Shown here: piece after piece, positions 31,431 to 48,921 of the stretch
Layout of the letters: every line of letters begins with the position of its first letter
Numbering within the stretch: the first letter of the stretch is position 1
NCBI RefSeq assembly: GCF_009914755.1
Contig: NC_060935.1
Source: the human T2T-CHM13v2.0 reference genome, Homo sapiens
Reading direction: 5' to 3' (one strand)
DNA length: 64,000 nt
Made by a program: the position numbers and the translations under genes
Notes under the pieces: generated by a model
Database searches by the model: none
What the model saw: only the letters and a program-made list of their open reading frames with translations
What the model was told of the DNA's origin: nothing

Positions 31431-33635
31431 GACCGAGTCTGTAAGTCTTTTGCCTACTCCACCCCAGGTCTGCTGCTTGTAACAGGTGGGAGCCTCCTCA
31501 GAGTCTGCCTCCAAGCAGGAATGTCAGTGTTCCACCTCCCTCAGAGACAGAGACTTGGGCCACCCAGTCTCACCCAGTACCCAGGACCAGGGGGGTGCCT
31601 CACCAGCTGGCAGCTCTGGGAGCCCTGCCACAGGCAGCTGCCTGAACAAAGGAGGCCCCGGCCCCACCAGGCACCGCCCAAGCCCCAGAGGTTAGAGCCC
31701 AGCTGAGCCCACCTTGGCCCACAGTGAGTTCAGGCCTCCCGGCTGCCACACCAGGCCCTGAGCCAGGCCCTTATAGGTGCAAGCATTTAGTAATAAATTC
31801 GCCCTCCAGCCACAAGGTGAGCTGTCATCTGCAGGTGCCCTAGAAAGACACCAGGCAGGACTCTGCATAGGGCCACGGACTACAGCCACAGCACAAAATG
31901 GCGGCAGCAGCCACCAATTGAAATGGTGTGGGGGACACTATAAGTCATGGGGAACCTAAGCCAAAGCCCCGCCTACAGCCGTTTACATCCGGAAAGTATC
32001 AACAGTCAATCAATGCATGTATACCGGCTGCCTCCATATGCCCAACACTATACTTTGCACTACAGACGGAACCAGCCAGGGATGGACACAGCTGGGCCCA
32101 GCACCTAATTACACGCTGCGTTAGACGGTGACCTCACATCACTCACGCACCCATGTGCCAGACAGGGAGATTTAAGACTCAGTTCCTGTCACAGATACAT
32201 ATGATGAGCAAAGTGCACTAGCTGTGACCGATTTTGCCGCAGAATATTCCAGAAGGCTTGGGAGCCTTCTAGGGGAAATGAAATATACATGGGGTCTTGA
32301 AGGTGCTACAGGTGACCTCTGAGGATGAGACTATGTCTCTTGGGAATTCGTGGGCACTTAGCAGTTCCTATCTCAGGCAGATCACAACACGGATGAAAGA
32401 GAAACACAGACCCCAGCCCCCGACAGCCATCCTCCTGTTTGACAACGCGGTGTGGACAATGTGTCTCCTTGTCAACACAGGTGCTGGCTACAAGGTGAGC
32501 AAAGACTCTGAGCCTCTGGGCTCAGGTGCAAACTGGCGAAAACACCTCCTCCCTTCCGGCTGCAGAGAAGGCTGCGACAGGAAATCACTCTGACCCTTCC
32601 CAGCAAGAAACAGCAAAGCTGGGGCTTAAATGGCACATTCTCTCCCACTGTCCAGTGCTCAGGAGCCAGCCCTGCAGAAAAGCAGCCAGGCAGAGGCAGG
32701 GAAGGAAAACAGATTCCAGACTTCATCTCTCAGACAGAACTGAAGCCACTCCTTCAGATCGCCCAGACACCCCTGTCCTCCTCCTGGAGCAGGGCCCCTT
32801 TGCTCACCCCAGCATCCTGGTGCTGTGCCAGCAGCCAGCGAGGGGGAAAGAGCTAGCTGGGCCAGCTCACCCTCGCCCACACCTCGGCCCCACCCTCCCG
32901 CCCCAGTGAGTCACTGCAGCTGGCTGCAACAGCTCCAGACCTGCAAAGGGTTGAGCCTAAAACCCCAAGGACAAAGTGCCTCCTGGGCCAGACCCCCAGG
33001 TGCCAGAGGAACCAGGGCTGCCCTGCAGACAGGCAGTTGGCTTCCCTGCCAGGGCCTCAGGCAGAGTCCCAGGGCAGAAGTCCCTTTTGAGGCCCAGGAC
33101 AGATGCAACCTACGTGGTTCCTGAGGAGGGGAGAAACCATCCTAAGTAGACACCGATCCAATAGCCCGTGAGGACGGGAGCCATTGGACCCGAAGCTGCA
33201 GGTTGGCCCTGGCAGGGCACCCAGTGGCTTCCCGGCCAGGTGGGGCTGCCAACCACCCTGCCTGCTCTGGCTGTGGCCCTGCTGTCCTGGCACAGCCTGG
33301 AAGGACTCCCCTCTCATCTGACCTGGGCCATTCAGTTCCGCGGAAGGGCATGGAAATACTGAAGGGAATACTGAAGGAGGGGCGTGGGATACTGTGTAGC
33401 CAGGTTTCCCATTCTCTGCATTTGGGTCCCAGCCCTCAGTCTCTCCTCCACCTCTGGAGCCTGTATCAAGCCCAAGTGGTCCTTTCTTCTCCTCCCACAC
33501 AAGTTAGGTTAAGTCAGGCTTTCCCTGGAGGCTGAGGGCTCTGCCCTGTTGCTAGCCAAAAGAAGGTCTTTGGAGCTTTGGGGAATTCTGCACGATTCAG
33601 CCAAGTGCCATAAGCCTTCAGAGCTAGGAGAGACC

Positions 33636-33837
33636 TAGAGTTGTGCCACCCAACGCAGCAGCCACATGTGGCTATTTAAACTTAATCAATTAAAATTCAG
33701 TTAAATTAAAATTTTAGCTTTGGCTGCACTAGCCACATTTCAAGAGCTCAACAGCCACATGTAGCTACTGGCTACTATATTAGCGTGGACACAGAACACT
33801 TCCCCCACTGCCGAGAGTTTTATGGGATGGCACTGCC
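33636..33837 (-). mobile_element. MER3-like hAT-Charlie DNA transposon relic
   Basis: Repeated agccacatgtggcta motif, AT-rich core, ~200 bp. Confidence 0.65.
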
Positions 33838-33978
33838 TGTTACTTAAGGATGGAGAAAGTAAGGTCCAGAGAGGTGAGAGAATGGGAGTGTGCTGGGACC
33901 CTAGTCCCAGAGCCTGCTAGCACACAGCCCGGTGGTCCACCCAACAGCCTCCCTCGTGATAGCAAGAAGCGGGACAGA

Positions 33979-34130
33979 GCTAGGCGTGGTGGCTCATGCC
34001 TGTAATCCCAGAACTTTGGGAGGCCAAGACACACTGATCGCTTGAACCCAGGAGTTTGAGACCAGCCTGGGCAACATGGCAAAACCCTATCTCTATAAAA
34101 AATAAAAATGTATTTTTTTTAAATAAAAAA
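33979..34130 (+). mobile_element. FLAM-type Alu monomer
   Basis: Left-monomer consensus with an A-rich tail. Confidence 0.75.
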
Positions 34131-37100
34131 AGAAGGAGCAGGGCCAGAGTGGAGACCCCCTAAGGCAGAAGACTGCTTGGAGGGCAGAAAAGAATGAGAT
34201 GGCGAGGCCGCTCCAGCTGCAAAGGTGAGAGCACGTATGCCTGACGCTGCGGGACAGACTGTAATTCAGGCCAGAAGCAGCAAGAGAACAGCCCATCCTG
34301 TCACTTCAAAACTGCAAAGAGGATGTGCCGAGCAGCAGGGCTCTGCCCATACCCTGCAACTGGGGACAACGCCAAGTAGACGCAGAACTCCAGGAAGCAG
34401 ATTCTTGACCCCAGCAGATGGCCTCTGCCAGGGGTGACCTCCAGAGGAGCCTCCTTCCTCCACTGCCCTCGGAGAACAGTGCCCCTTCCCCGGAGGAGCC
34501 AGTATAAAGACAGCCAGGATGGAAACCGGGCCAACTGCTGCAGCAGCTAGAGACAGCCCTGCAGCCAGCGTCAGTGTGGAGATGACAGGAATTGAAACAC
34601 ACACTCCCCCAGAGACAGGCCACAGGCCTCAGTGCCCAAATGCACCAAACCTGAGGACAAGATACACACCACAGGGGCCCATGACTGTGCATCCACCCAG
34701 CACAGGCGGGACACAGGAGGCAACCCTCCGAGGGGAAGAAAATCACCCCATCCGTGGTAGGGAGGGTACCGGCCACAGTGAAACTTCCGCCCAGCATGGC
34801 AGCACGCACATAGGCCAATCGACCCACCACACACACAAGGCCAAAGAGAAGCAGTCCTCATCCCAGGAACAAAATGACTCATGCCCAGAGTTAGAGACCC
34901 CTACCAGAGGGGAAGCCCCCAACATTCGGAACCAGGAGGAGAGGGAGGCTATTCAGAGAGACACACCCAGAAGACAGTATGGTCTGCTCTCATAAACACT
35001 CAACAGGAGGCAAAGAGGAACAGAAAGTTCCATGTTGAAAGAAAAAAAAACCCCACACACAAGTAGAAAGAGAATTCTGCAGAGCGCTCTGATGTGCCAG
35101 GGACTGTGTTGGCAACATCCCATGCCTGGGGTCTCATTCAACTCCCAAATGATGATGCTATGTCAAAAGAATTAATATCCTTATTTCAGAGAAGTGAAAG
35201 CAGGCCCAAGAGATAAGATGACTTGCCCAAGTGTGAGACAGAGTTGAAATGCAAGCCCAGGAGTCTCTGACCCCCAAGGCCCTTGTTCCAAAGGAACAAG
35301 GGTGACATCCCTTCCAGGGCCTGGCCCTCTGAATGGACCCCCGAGGATGCAGCTGCCAGGCTTGTTTAGGAAAAAACATTATGCCACATTCTAACCGGAG
35401 CAGAAGTGCGCAGACATCTCAGAGTCTAAGCTGGCATTAACAACTTTTACAAACCCACCTAGCTGATTCTGGGCAGTGTGCAGGGAGGAGGGGCAGGTTA
35501 GGGAGGTGGAATTACCAGGAAGAATTAGATGAACATGTTGCAAAACACATGCAACTTGGGCACCTTCAAAGAAAGGCACACAAGCACACACACACACATA
35601 CACACCATTAGTACACGGAGACCCTCAGCCCCATTCTCCACTCTACACAGCCCAGGGCAGCCTGCAGCCCCAGCCAGCCTTCACCGGCTCACAATAGACA
35701 GTTGTCCTGCAGGTCCCTATGCCTGTTTACCTGGCACCTGTGTCCCTTGAGCCTGCACCTCCCCCTGTGTGTGTGCACCTGCCTGGCCTCCTCCCTGCTC
35801 CCTGCCCTTAGGAGAGGGAGGCGCCAGCCCAGCCACAACTCCCACCAGGAGGAAGTTTTTCCATCCTTGTCATTCCAGCCCTCCCCTCCCCATCACCCCC
35901 TTCCCCTGGCCCCTCACATCATGCTGACTTCCAGGGCAGCCCTTACACCCCAACCTCAGCCAGCTGGTTGCTTTCTGACTCTGCTGTGACGCCTTTCTCC
36001 ATCTCTCTCTACCCCAGCCACGCACAGCCCCATCCCATGCTACAGTGAGCTTGGAAGCCCTGAAGCTCCAAGCTCTCACTTCCAGCAGCGAGGGAGATTC
36101 CCTCTTCCCTCCCTGGCCAGGAGGGACTCTGCAATCCTTGTGAAAGGGGGCTGGGGACAGCCTATGATCCAGTGGGGAGTCCCCACACCTGGACACAGAA
36201 GCAGGGAAGAGTGGGCCTTTACCCAGAACCACTGGGATTAAGACACCAACTCTGAGGGTGGCGTCCTATAGGAGAGGGGGTGGAGCAGAACGCTTGGTCT
36301 TGCCCTGTGGGGTAGATTACAGTTTGGAAGCTGCCTGTCTGCCCCACCCAAGGCCGGGATCTGGGGAGGGCGCTGCTTGCTCTCCCCCCAGCGGTCGGAC
36401 CACGCTACTGCAGGGGCGTGGGGCCAGGCCGCTCCGGCTCTGTCGCTGAAGAGCTACCCCCGAGCCCCGCCAGGACACGTAGCTGTAGACGGGATCAGCT
36501 CCAGGCACTTCCCCTTCCCCCAGAACCTCCGCTCCAGCCCCCGGGGGACCGGGCAGGATGCCCCTCCCTGACAGGCCGTGTGCAGTGCCTTGCTTAGCCT
36601 GCTCAGCTGGGGCCTGCACCCCCAAGGCTGTCCTCAACCTCCCAAAGGCTTCTGGACACAAACTGCGCGTGCGGACATGTCCAGGACCGAGAAACTCACT
36701 TCAGTCCTTACCTACAACCCCTACGGGCCCGCAGGAAACCTCCACCACCAGAGCAGAATGCCACTGCCATCCTCTGCCTCCAAGCCCGATGACAACGCAG
36801 GCAGAGGTGACACATCCAGGCACGCCACAAGGGGAAGACCTTCATTCACAACCAGTGGGATACTCTCTCACAGGCAATGACACACATCTCACTCAGAGAC
36901 AAGCTGTGACATGGTGGTCACAAGGACCTAAAGCCACAGTGGGACGACACCTGCAATGCTATCAGTGACCTACCTAAGACTGCCAGCGACAGCTCAGCCA
37001 CAGCCCTGGTGGGAACTGAGGCCAGCAGGGAGGAAAAGGGGCTTCATTCCTTCGGAATCCTCTTGTGGCCCACCCACGTGCCCCCCACACTCCCTCGGGC

Positions 37101-38999
37101 ACACCCAGGAACGCTGGAAATTGCTCGTGCTCAGGAAGCCTTGGGAGTCCCACCGGATGGCCTGAGCCCAGGGAAATGCCAGCCTGGATGAATCGATGGG
37201 GGACGAAGAGAAGTCAGAAGGCCCTCCATCCCTGCCACTGCCACCGCCCAAGCAGCACATTCTAAATCCTCCCCAGCGGCCATCACCCTTCCTCAAACCT
37301 AAGCGTGCACAGCACGGTGCCAGCCCAGCTCCGGGGAGAGAAACTTTGGGGCCTCGGGAATGGTGGGGGAGAGAGCCACACTGTTCCCATAAGGAGTAGG
37401 ACTAGCTCTCCCGGTCTGTCTCTCTGTCTGTCTCCAGGCAGTTCCCAAGTTCTAAAGAAGGTGGTGACCACACCCCAGAGCCCCACACACCCCTCCGCCC
37501 CCACGGCTTTGCCCCAACCCCTCAAACCAGCTCCTCAGGCTCAGGGTGACCGGCTCTGCCAGGACCCACCAGCCAATTCCAAGTCGAGCAAAAGAATCCA
37601 GCCTGGCAGCACCGCCACCTTTCCCCAGGACTTCCTGAGGGCTAAGATGACTCCGGGGACCCCCAGCCAACTCCGTACCCTGGGCTGACGCTGGACCTTC
37701 TCCCTCAACAGGTCCCTGTGTCCCACCCCTGGCCCTGGACCATGTCTGGCTGCCACAAGTCCTCAGCTCCGAGGGGTTGGCTCCTCAAGGAGTTCCCGGA
37801 CCAGGACCCCTGAATCGCTGCTGTGGGCCTCCATATCAGCCCGCATGACTTATGTGGCTCCCCATGTGTCCCTGTTCTCTGACCAGTGTCCCTGTGCATA
37901 ACCTCTTAGGGACAAAGGCTTTAGAGAGGGGCTCAGACACCCTCTAACCCACATTCCCACAGCCCCCAAACCCTGCGACCTCTCCTAGCTCCACTCTTAC
38001 CCTCCCTAGCTCCTCTCCCACCCTCCCTCACCCCAAAGCTCACAGCTCAGAGCAAAGAGGTGCCCCTAACTTGGGGGCTCCCCTGTCCTCCCCATTCTGC
38101 ACAGGCCACTATCCACGCGGTGGGGGGTGGGTGACCCCGCTGTCCCTAAGGACTGGAGAAGGAAGCTTCCCCCCATTCAGCTTCTGAAAGGAAGTGAGTG
38201 CCACACCCTGCCCCTGGGATTTCCCTCACGGGGAGGGGATGAAAGCGAGATCTCTACCCTGAATTACAGCCAGTATAGGTGCAGGGGCCCTTAAACGCCT
38301 TCCCCCACTCTCAGCTTCACTGCTGCAGCCCCTCACTGTATTCCACAAAATCAACCCAACACCTACCATGCACTAGGCTGTGCTGGGACGGGCAAGCAGA
38401 GAGCAGGAGCCCTGCAATCCGAGGTTGGATTCTAATGAAGACGGGTTCGAAACCAGTATTTACTGAGCGCCCAGCGCTGTGCTGGAGACACAGAGGTAGA
38501 TATCTCGGTCCCTTTTCCTCCGGAGACTCCGGAGGTCTAAGGACCTGACTGACTTGGGAGGCTCCCACACTGCCTTTCCACAAATCCCCTCCACAGAGCA
38601 GGGCACTCTGCAGCGACCGCACGCTCCCTGGGAGCACCTCACTGCCACGGTCGCCGCGGCGGGAGCCACACCCTGCGAAACCGGCAAGCACACACATCGC
38701 ACACAACCCTCAGTGGCCTCATTGTGCAGAGGGGCCAGAGCCGTTCCCCACCTTGTTGTGGGGCCTCGGCTACAGCTGAGAACACCCATCTGCCCCCTCC
38801 GCACCCCTCCCAGCAAGGGGCACAGCCAGCCCTGTTTGGGCCCCTGGAGTCCCTCATGGTCAGCGCCGCCAAGGGGCTGCGCCCCCACATCCCGGCCTGG
38901 GCACTGCTGGGGGGCGACCAGCCCTGCCAGGGACGGCCCAGGCCCTCGCACACTGCACACACACACCCCCTCCCCTTGCATGGGAAAGCCTTACATAAC

Positions 39000-41050
39000 A
39001 CAGCTCTGCACACACCCTAAGCACGCTGCCTTTCCAACTCTAGGCGAGACCTCGCTTCGGGCCCCCTCTCCTGGCGCGCACCGCTGGAGCGCAGGGTTCC
39101 AGCGAGCGCAGCTTAGCCCTCCTCCCACGCCAAGCCCGGCTCCTGCCCCCAACTCCCACACACAGCCCCTTCCTCCTCCCCTTTGCCCCTCACCACTCCT
39201 CCCTGAGTTCTGGTTTGAATTAGTCACCGGCTCCAACCACCACATTCCTCAGGCTGCTGGCGCCGGGCCAGGCTCTGGGGCGGGGGCCATCCCGCCCGGA
39301 CGGGTTTGGGAGTTGGGCGGGGGGAAAGCGCCGCCTCCGGAGGGGAAGGGGCGGTCCCGAGGACTGGGCCGCCGCAGCGCACCCCCCTCCTCGCCCACCT
39401 CAGCATAGGAATCTCCCTAATTTTGTCCCCCTCCCCACCCATCCCGCTGGGAGGCGCATTGCAAACTTCCAGGTTCCGCGGCCCGAGAGGAAGGTTTTCT
39501 GGAGCGGGGAACGCGGAGAGGCAAGGCTAGGGCGGGGCAGCTGGAGGAGGCTGAGGGGCTGGTGGTACAGAACAGGGTGGGGCCTGGACGACTCGGGACG
39601 CGGTTAGGGGCAGAGGTGCAGGGAGCGCGGAAGGACAGCCGAGGGGGCGCACGGTGCGGGGTCGCGGAGGCGCGGAGGCGCTGGGGGCCGCGGTGGCGAT
39701 CTCGGAAATTTCCCCTCCAGTAAACATGGGATACGAACGGAGCAGCCCCCGAGCCACCGCCCCATGCAGGGAGAGGAGGTGGGACAGAGGCCACCAGGCC
39801 CGGAACGGGGCGCCCTGCCTTGCAGTGGAGCCAACAGTCCGCCCTCCGGAGAAATAAAGAGTGGAGCAAAGCACTTCGGAGCGATTTTCCAACTTTAACC
39901 AACTTGCGCCCCAACTCCAGAGGCAGAACTCCGCTCCCAGAGAGCGACGCGTCGCCGCCCCGGGTGGCCCCGCTTGCTCCAAACTGCTTGAATCCTCACA
40001 GTGACACCCCCAACAACGCGCCCTGCCGGAGCACCGCAACCCACCTCCCCGCGACCCGCCCTTGGTGCCCCGGACCCCGATGGCGCCACGGTGCGCCTGG
40101 CGCCCCTACCTGAGGGCTCAGCCCCAGGGCACGGCCATAGCCGGCGCGAGGCCCAAGGCTGCGGTGCTGCGGCTACTGGCGGCGACGAGCCCCGTTCCGG
40201 GCGGGTCTGGCAGGGCGGGCGGTGCAGTCCCCGCGGCAGAGCAGCTCCGAGTGGCCGGGCCCCCGTGCGCGGAGGCGGCTCTTGTAACTCCGGCTCGGGC
40301 GGGCGGGTCTGCCCGGAGCTGTGGGGAGAGGGCGGGGCCGGGCGGGGCCGGAGCGGGGCTGGGACTGGCGAGCGGGGCAGACCCTGGAGGGACCCGGGAG
40401 TGGGCTGCTGGGGAGGGGGGCCGCTGGGGGACGCGGGGACATTCTTTCCCCCCCTCCCCGCATCCACTGCCCCCTGTCCTGTCCCGGACCTGGACCTGCT
40501 CTCCAACATGTGCACTGTGTGGCTTCATTGGCAAGAAACTCCTGCAGGCTCCCTGGGCTCACCCTCACAGCTGGAACTGCGAATCAACTTATTTTGCAGG
40601 AAGGGCCTGGGGGCTCTGAAGGTGGCTGGGTGATTCAGCCGCGACCGTCAGCTTGCTCCGGACCTTTGAGTTTTCTCTCAGCTTAGGCAACTACACTTCA
40701 GATCCCAGGCCCCAGCCTCCTTGCTTGGTTCCCAAGCTCCGTGCTGCCGCGCCCATTTCTCGCGTTCTCTCTTTCTGGGGGCCCCTCCGTCCATATCCGC
40801 ACAGAACTGGCTTGGATTTCCACCCCCCAGGAGCCGGGGTCACCAGTGCCTCGCGCACCGCGGTGCTGCGCAGGCCGCGGGCATACGGGGGTGAGGACCC
40901 CGGGCGTTGGACAGCGGACCCGACGCCCACCTTCCTCTCCAGACTCCCGCCCCCAGGAGCCAGAGCCCCAGCGCTTCCTCTGCCTCCCATTCCTTCTCTG
41001 AGCGCCGCCCCCGCCTCCCCACTTGCGGGACGCTGAGTCTCCTAATTTAC
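39000..41050. promoter_or_regulatory. CpG island / AHNAK proximal promoter with Sp/KLF GC boxes and a G4-capable tract (40330-40363)
   Basis: Very high GC and CpG density; gggcggggccgggcggggccggagcggggctggg lies upstream of exon 1. Confidence 0.88.
40110..40256 (-). other. AHNAK: AHNAK non-coding exon 1 (TSS approximate)
   Basis: Donor CAG|gtaggg at 40110/40109 inside the CpG island, with GC boxes just upstream. The 5' end is approximate. Confidence 0.75.
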
Positions 41051-41833
41051 AGCGATTTCCCACAGCCACTTCTAACTACATCGAGATTTTATTAAACGTT
41101 TAATGATGGGGTGCGGGGGCCTTCTGGCTACACACTCCCCTCCACACTCCCTTTCTCTTCTCCCTCATGAGTCCTTTTATCCTCCCTCCTAGGTGGCCAC
41201 CCACTGCCCGCTCCAAGCCAGTTTCCCCTCCTTCCCAAATGCTAAGGAAAGAGAGACCCCAGGCTGGGGAACTAAGGAGACCTGGCCAAGGCAGGAGCGC
41301 CCTCCTTGCTGCAAGATCATGAGTGGGCTGGAGCTGAGACCAGCTCGGCCCTGTCCTCTGAAATGGCAAACATGTTTACAGGCTAAAAATACCCAGCAGT
41401 CAACTCTGCTGCCAGCCCTGGGGGCTGTGTCCAGGTCCAGTTACCGGCACAGAGTACAGGCCGTGGGGGAGGGAAGAGACAGCCAGAGGAACCACAGACA
41501 TGGGCACTCATATAATGGACACAGAAAGGTGGAGCCGCATGTGCAGACATCCAGACAGGCAGAGACATGTGAAAACACAAAGCGGAGACTTGGGCACCAG
41601 CATTTTCTCTTGCTCTCTCTAATACACACACACAGGTGCCCAGATAATGACTCAACCCCATGGCAGAGGCAGCCTCGCCACAACACATCCCAAGCACACA
41701 GTCACAGACTCACACTTTCCCAAGAATCACCTGCTCCCCCATTTTGTTCTGCACCCCTTTCCTAGCACCTACCTTATTTAAAGAAAAAACAAATCTAAAA
41801 CTTTTGAGCTATAGAACACTTAAAAAAAAATTA

Positions 41834-45987
<4,154 letters not shown>

Positions 45988-47044
45988 GCAGCAGCAGCAG
46001 CAAAGAAATGACTGTTAACCCTTCTTAGCACCATCTGGGATCTCCCAGACCCCGCCTCCACCCCATACACACACCAGCCCAGGGATTAGCATCCCTGCCA
46101 AACAGGCCCTTCTCCATTCACTTCCGTCACTTCCTAATCTGTCATTGTCCACCCCACCCCCCAAAAGCAAATCTATCTGGTGATTCTGGAATCCAAACAT
46201 TATTTCCTAAGCAATTCTCAAGCCCCAAACCCTTAACCCTAGCCGAAAATATAAAGCCAAGTAAAATCATCCTTCCCCAGCTCAATTCAAATCCCAGCCT
46301 GTATTTAAACTTCAAGCTTCAAATAAGGAGTTCCTGAATTTCTTAGATCAGAGAGCTTTGATACACAGAAACTCTCCAATTACACTCAGTCCTAATGAAA
46401 TCTTCAAGCCCAACCAGAACCCAAGTTAAAGCTGGTTAGAGAACAAGAGACATGAGGCTGTCTCCAGAGTACCGTCTGGGAGGAAAGAAGGCAAAGAAAG
46501 ACTGTCCAGGCAGGTGGAAGGGAAAGAAATTGGGCAGGGAGAGTGGGGCAGGTGGACACGATGGGTCATGGCTGGATTTCAGGCAGAGTTAGGGGTGTGG
46601 GAATGCTGTGGGGCAATAAGAGGAGATGCAGACCTGAGATTAAGGAAAAGAAGCGACAAGACATGAGGCTGTGAAGGAAGGAGGGAGGGAGAGAGAGAAA
46701 ACAGAAGAGCTCAGCACTGAGCTAAGGACTGGGCGGGCTGAGTTGTAAACAGGAGCCGAGGGAGGGAGTTGGAGTAAACGGAGCAGCCAACGCCCCAGCC
46801 AGCTCCCCTCCCCAGTGGGGAGCAGGGAGGGAGGGGCTGAGGAAGCGGGGAACACCACCTCCTCACCCCTTTCTTGGAATCTGCTTTTCTCCTGTCCTTT
46901 CCAACTTCCTCTGCCTTTCCCCCAGCTTCCTGGGGAAAGAGAGACCAGCCTGGGTTTCCCTCTCTCCTCTGCTTACAGTTCCCTAAGTCCAGTTGAAGGA
47001 GATCAGGCTGAGCAGGGAAGGAAGGGCCTAGGCTGCCCAGAGCC

Positions 47045-48082
47045 TGAGTCACCACATAGTTGAGGTTCCTGTCACTCGAAGTCCCGCCTCTGTTACACTC
47101 CGTGCCCTGTGCCCGCCCCAGGACTTGGATCGCTACATCTGACCCTGGCCCCAGGGCTGGCTCCACTTCCACGCTCCTTACCAAGCTACCCTTACCAAGC
47201 TACGGGTGCAGGAAGCCTTTAGATGCCTCGCTCTCCCTGCCCCTCCACACTTGGTATGCTGTGTCCACCACCCTTATCCCTCAGCATTTGAGGGCAGCAT
47301 CCTCCTGCTCAGCTTTGGAGCAGAAGTGACTCAGTGAGTGACTGCAAGGATTGTGGAAAAGCTCGGATGCACCCTTGATAAGTCACTTCAACTCTCTGGG
47401 CTCCAGTTTCCCCACTGGTAAAATAACGGGTTATTAGAGACGGTCTCTGGCAGTCCCTGCAAGAGGTACATTCTGTATGTCTGAGTCAAAGAGATGGGTA
47501 ATTACTATTGAAGAGTGGGATAAAAGGGGCGTGTTTGCTAACCCCTGTCCTAACAGTAAGAGTGGGTAGGGTAGGGCAGGGCTGGGCACAGGACCTGCCA
47601 CCATAGGGCAGCCAACACCCTAGGCATCTTGGTGACTCAGGTCCCACATGGAAGAAGAGCCGGAAAGCACCCCTTGGGTCCCCTGTGAGTCAGGGGAAAT
47701 GCGGATCTCCCTGAAGGATGACTGCCTGGGTTCCCGCTATAACCAACTATCCTTCCACCTTGAAAGTCTCCCAGGATGGGTACCGTAAGCTCATCATTCC
47801 ACCTCCCTGGCCTGCTCAGCAGCTTCCACCCCTCCTGCCTGACCTTGGCAGCCCTTCTTCCCTCAGCCCTGAACTCTAGAGCCCTCCTTACCCTCTGACA
47901 GCTCCCCCTGCCCTACCACATTCCCTCCTTCACCCCTTGGCTCTGCCCATCTTCACCATCCACCCCATCCCAGCAGAGCCCGCCAGATGATTGCAAAAGG
48001 GCTGAGCCAGCAGAGAGGCCTTCACATGACAGCTGTTCCTGCTGCAGAGGGGAGGGGGCAGCTGGGAGTGGAGGCACATTCC
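47045..48082. promoter_or_regulatory. Candidate AP-1/TEAD enhancer ~7 kb upstream of the AHNAK TSS
   Basis: Five TGASTCA sites (47045, 47327, 47482, 47633, 47686) and CATTCC at 47795, 47919 and 48077. Confidence 0.6.
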
Positions 48083-48509
48083 ATGGGAGATCCTATCAGA
48101 AATAGCCCCAAACCCTAACTGACCATCTGCCCCAATGATCTGCACATCGCCCATTCAATAGGCTTGCCTCAAAATCCTGAGGAAATCAAGAAAACAAAGA
48201 GGGGTGGAGAAGGGAGGGGCCTAGGGGAGTGAAGAGAGCCCAGGAACATTGAGACGGGGTCGCCAGGACATCACCACTGAGCCAGTACCACCAGCCCAAG
48301 GTATTCTCCCTCTAATGGGAGATGCAACTGATGGCAGTGCTGCCCTCCAGCACCCCCCACCATACCCTACTCCACCCATCCCTTGGGTGCTGAGGCACTG
48401 GGACACCCCAGTAATTCCCCTGGAGTAAAACAACAGCCTGCTCTGGGAGCCATGCCAGCCTGACTGGAGCAAACAGACAGGAACAGGTGGCAGTTTCTGT
48501 AACCTTTCA

Positions 48510-48921
<412 letters not shown>

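Noticed and set aside
33355-33378. Tandem aatactgaagg repeat giving two miR-200 seed matches on the minus strand
   Set aside because: Located in intron 1, so it is not in the mature mRNA; likely a chance micro-duplication.
34411-34424. CTCF-like motif ccagcagatggcct
   Set aside because: Single partial match with a non-consensus 3' end; cannot be supported without ChIP data.
38460-41100. Long Pro/Gly/Arg/Ala-rich ORFs (e.g. 38554-39408, 284 aa; 40001-40633, 210 aa)
   Set aside because: Stop-codon depletion in the GC-rich CpG island; they overlap on both strands and show no recognisable domain.
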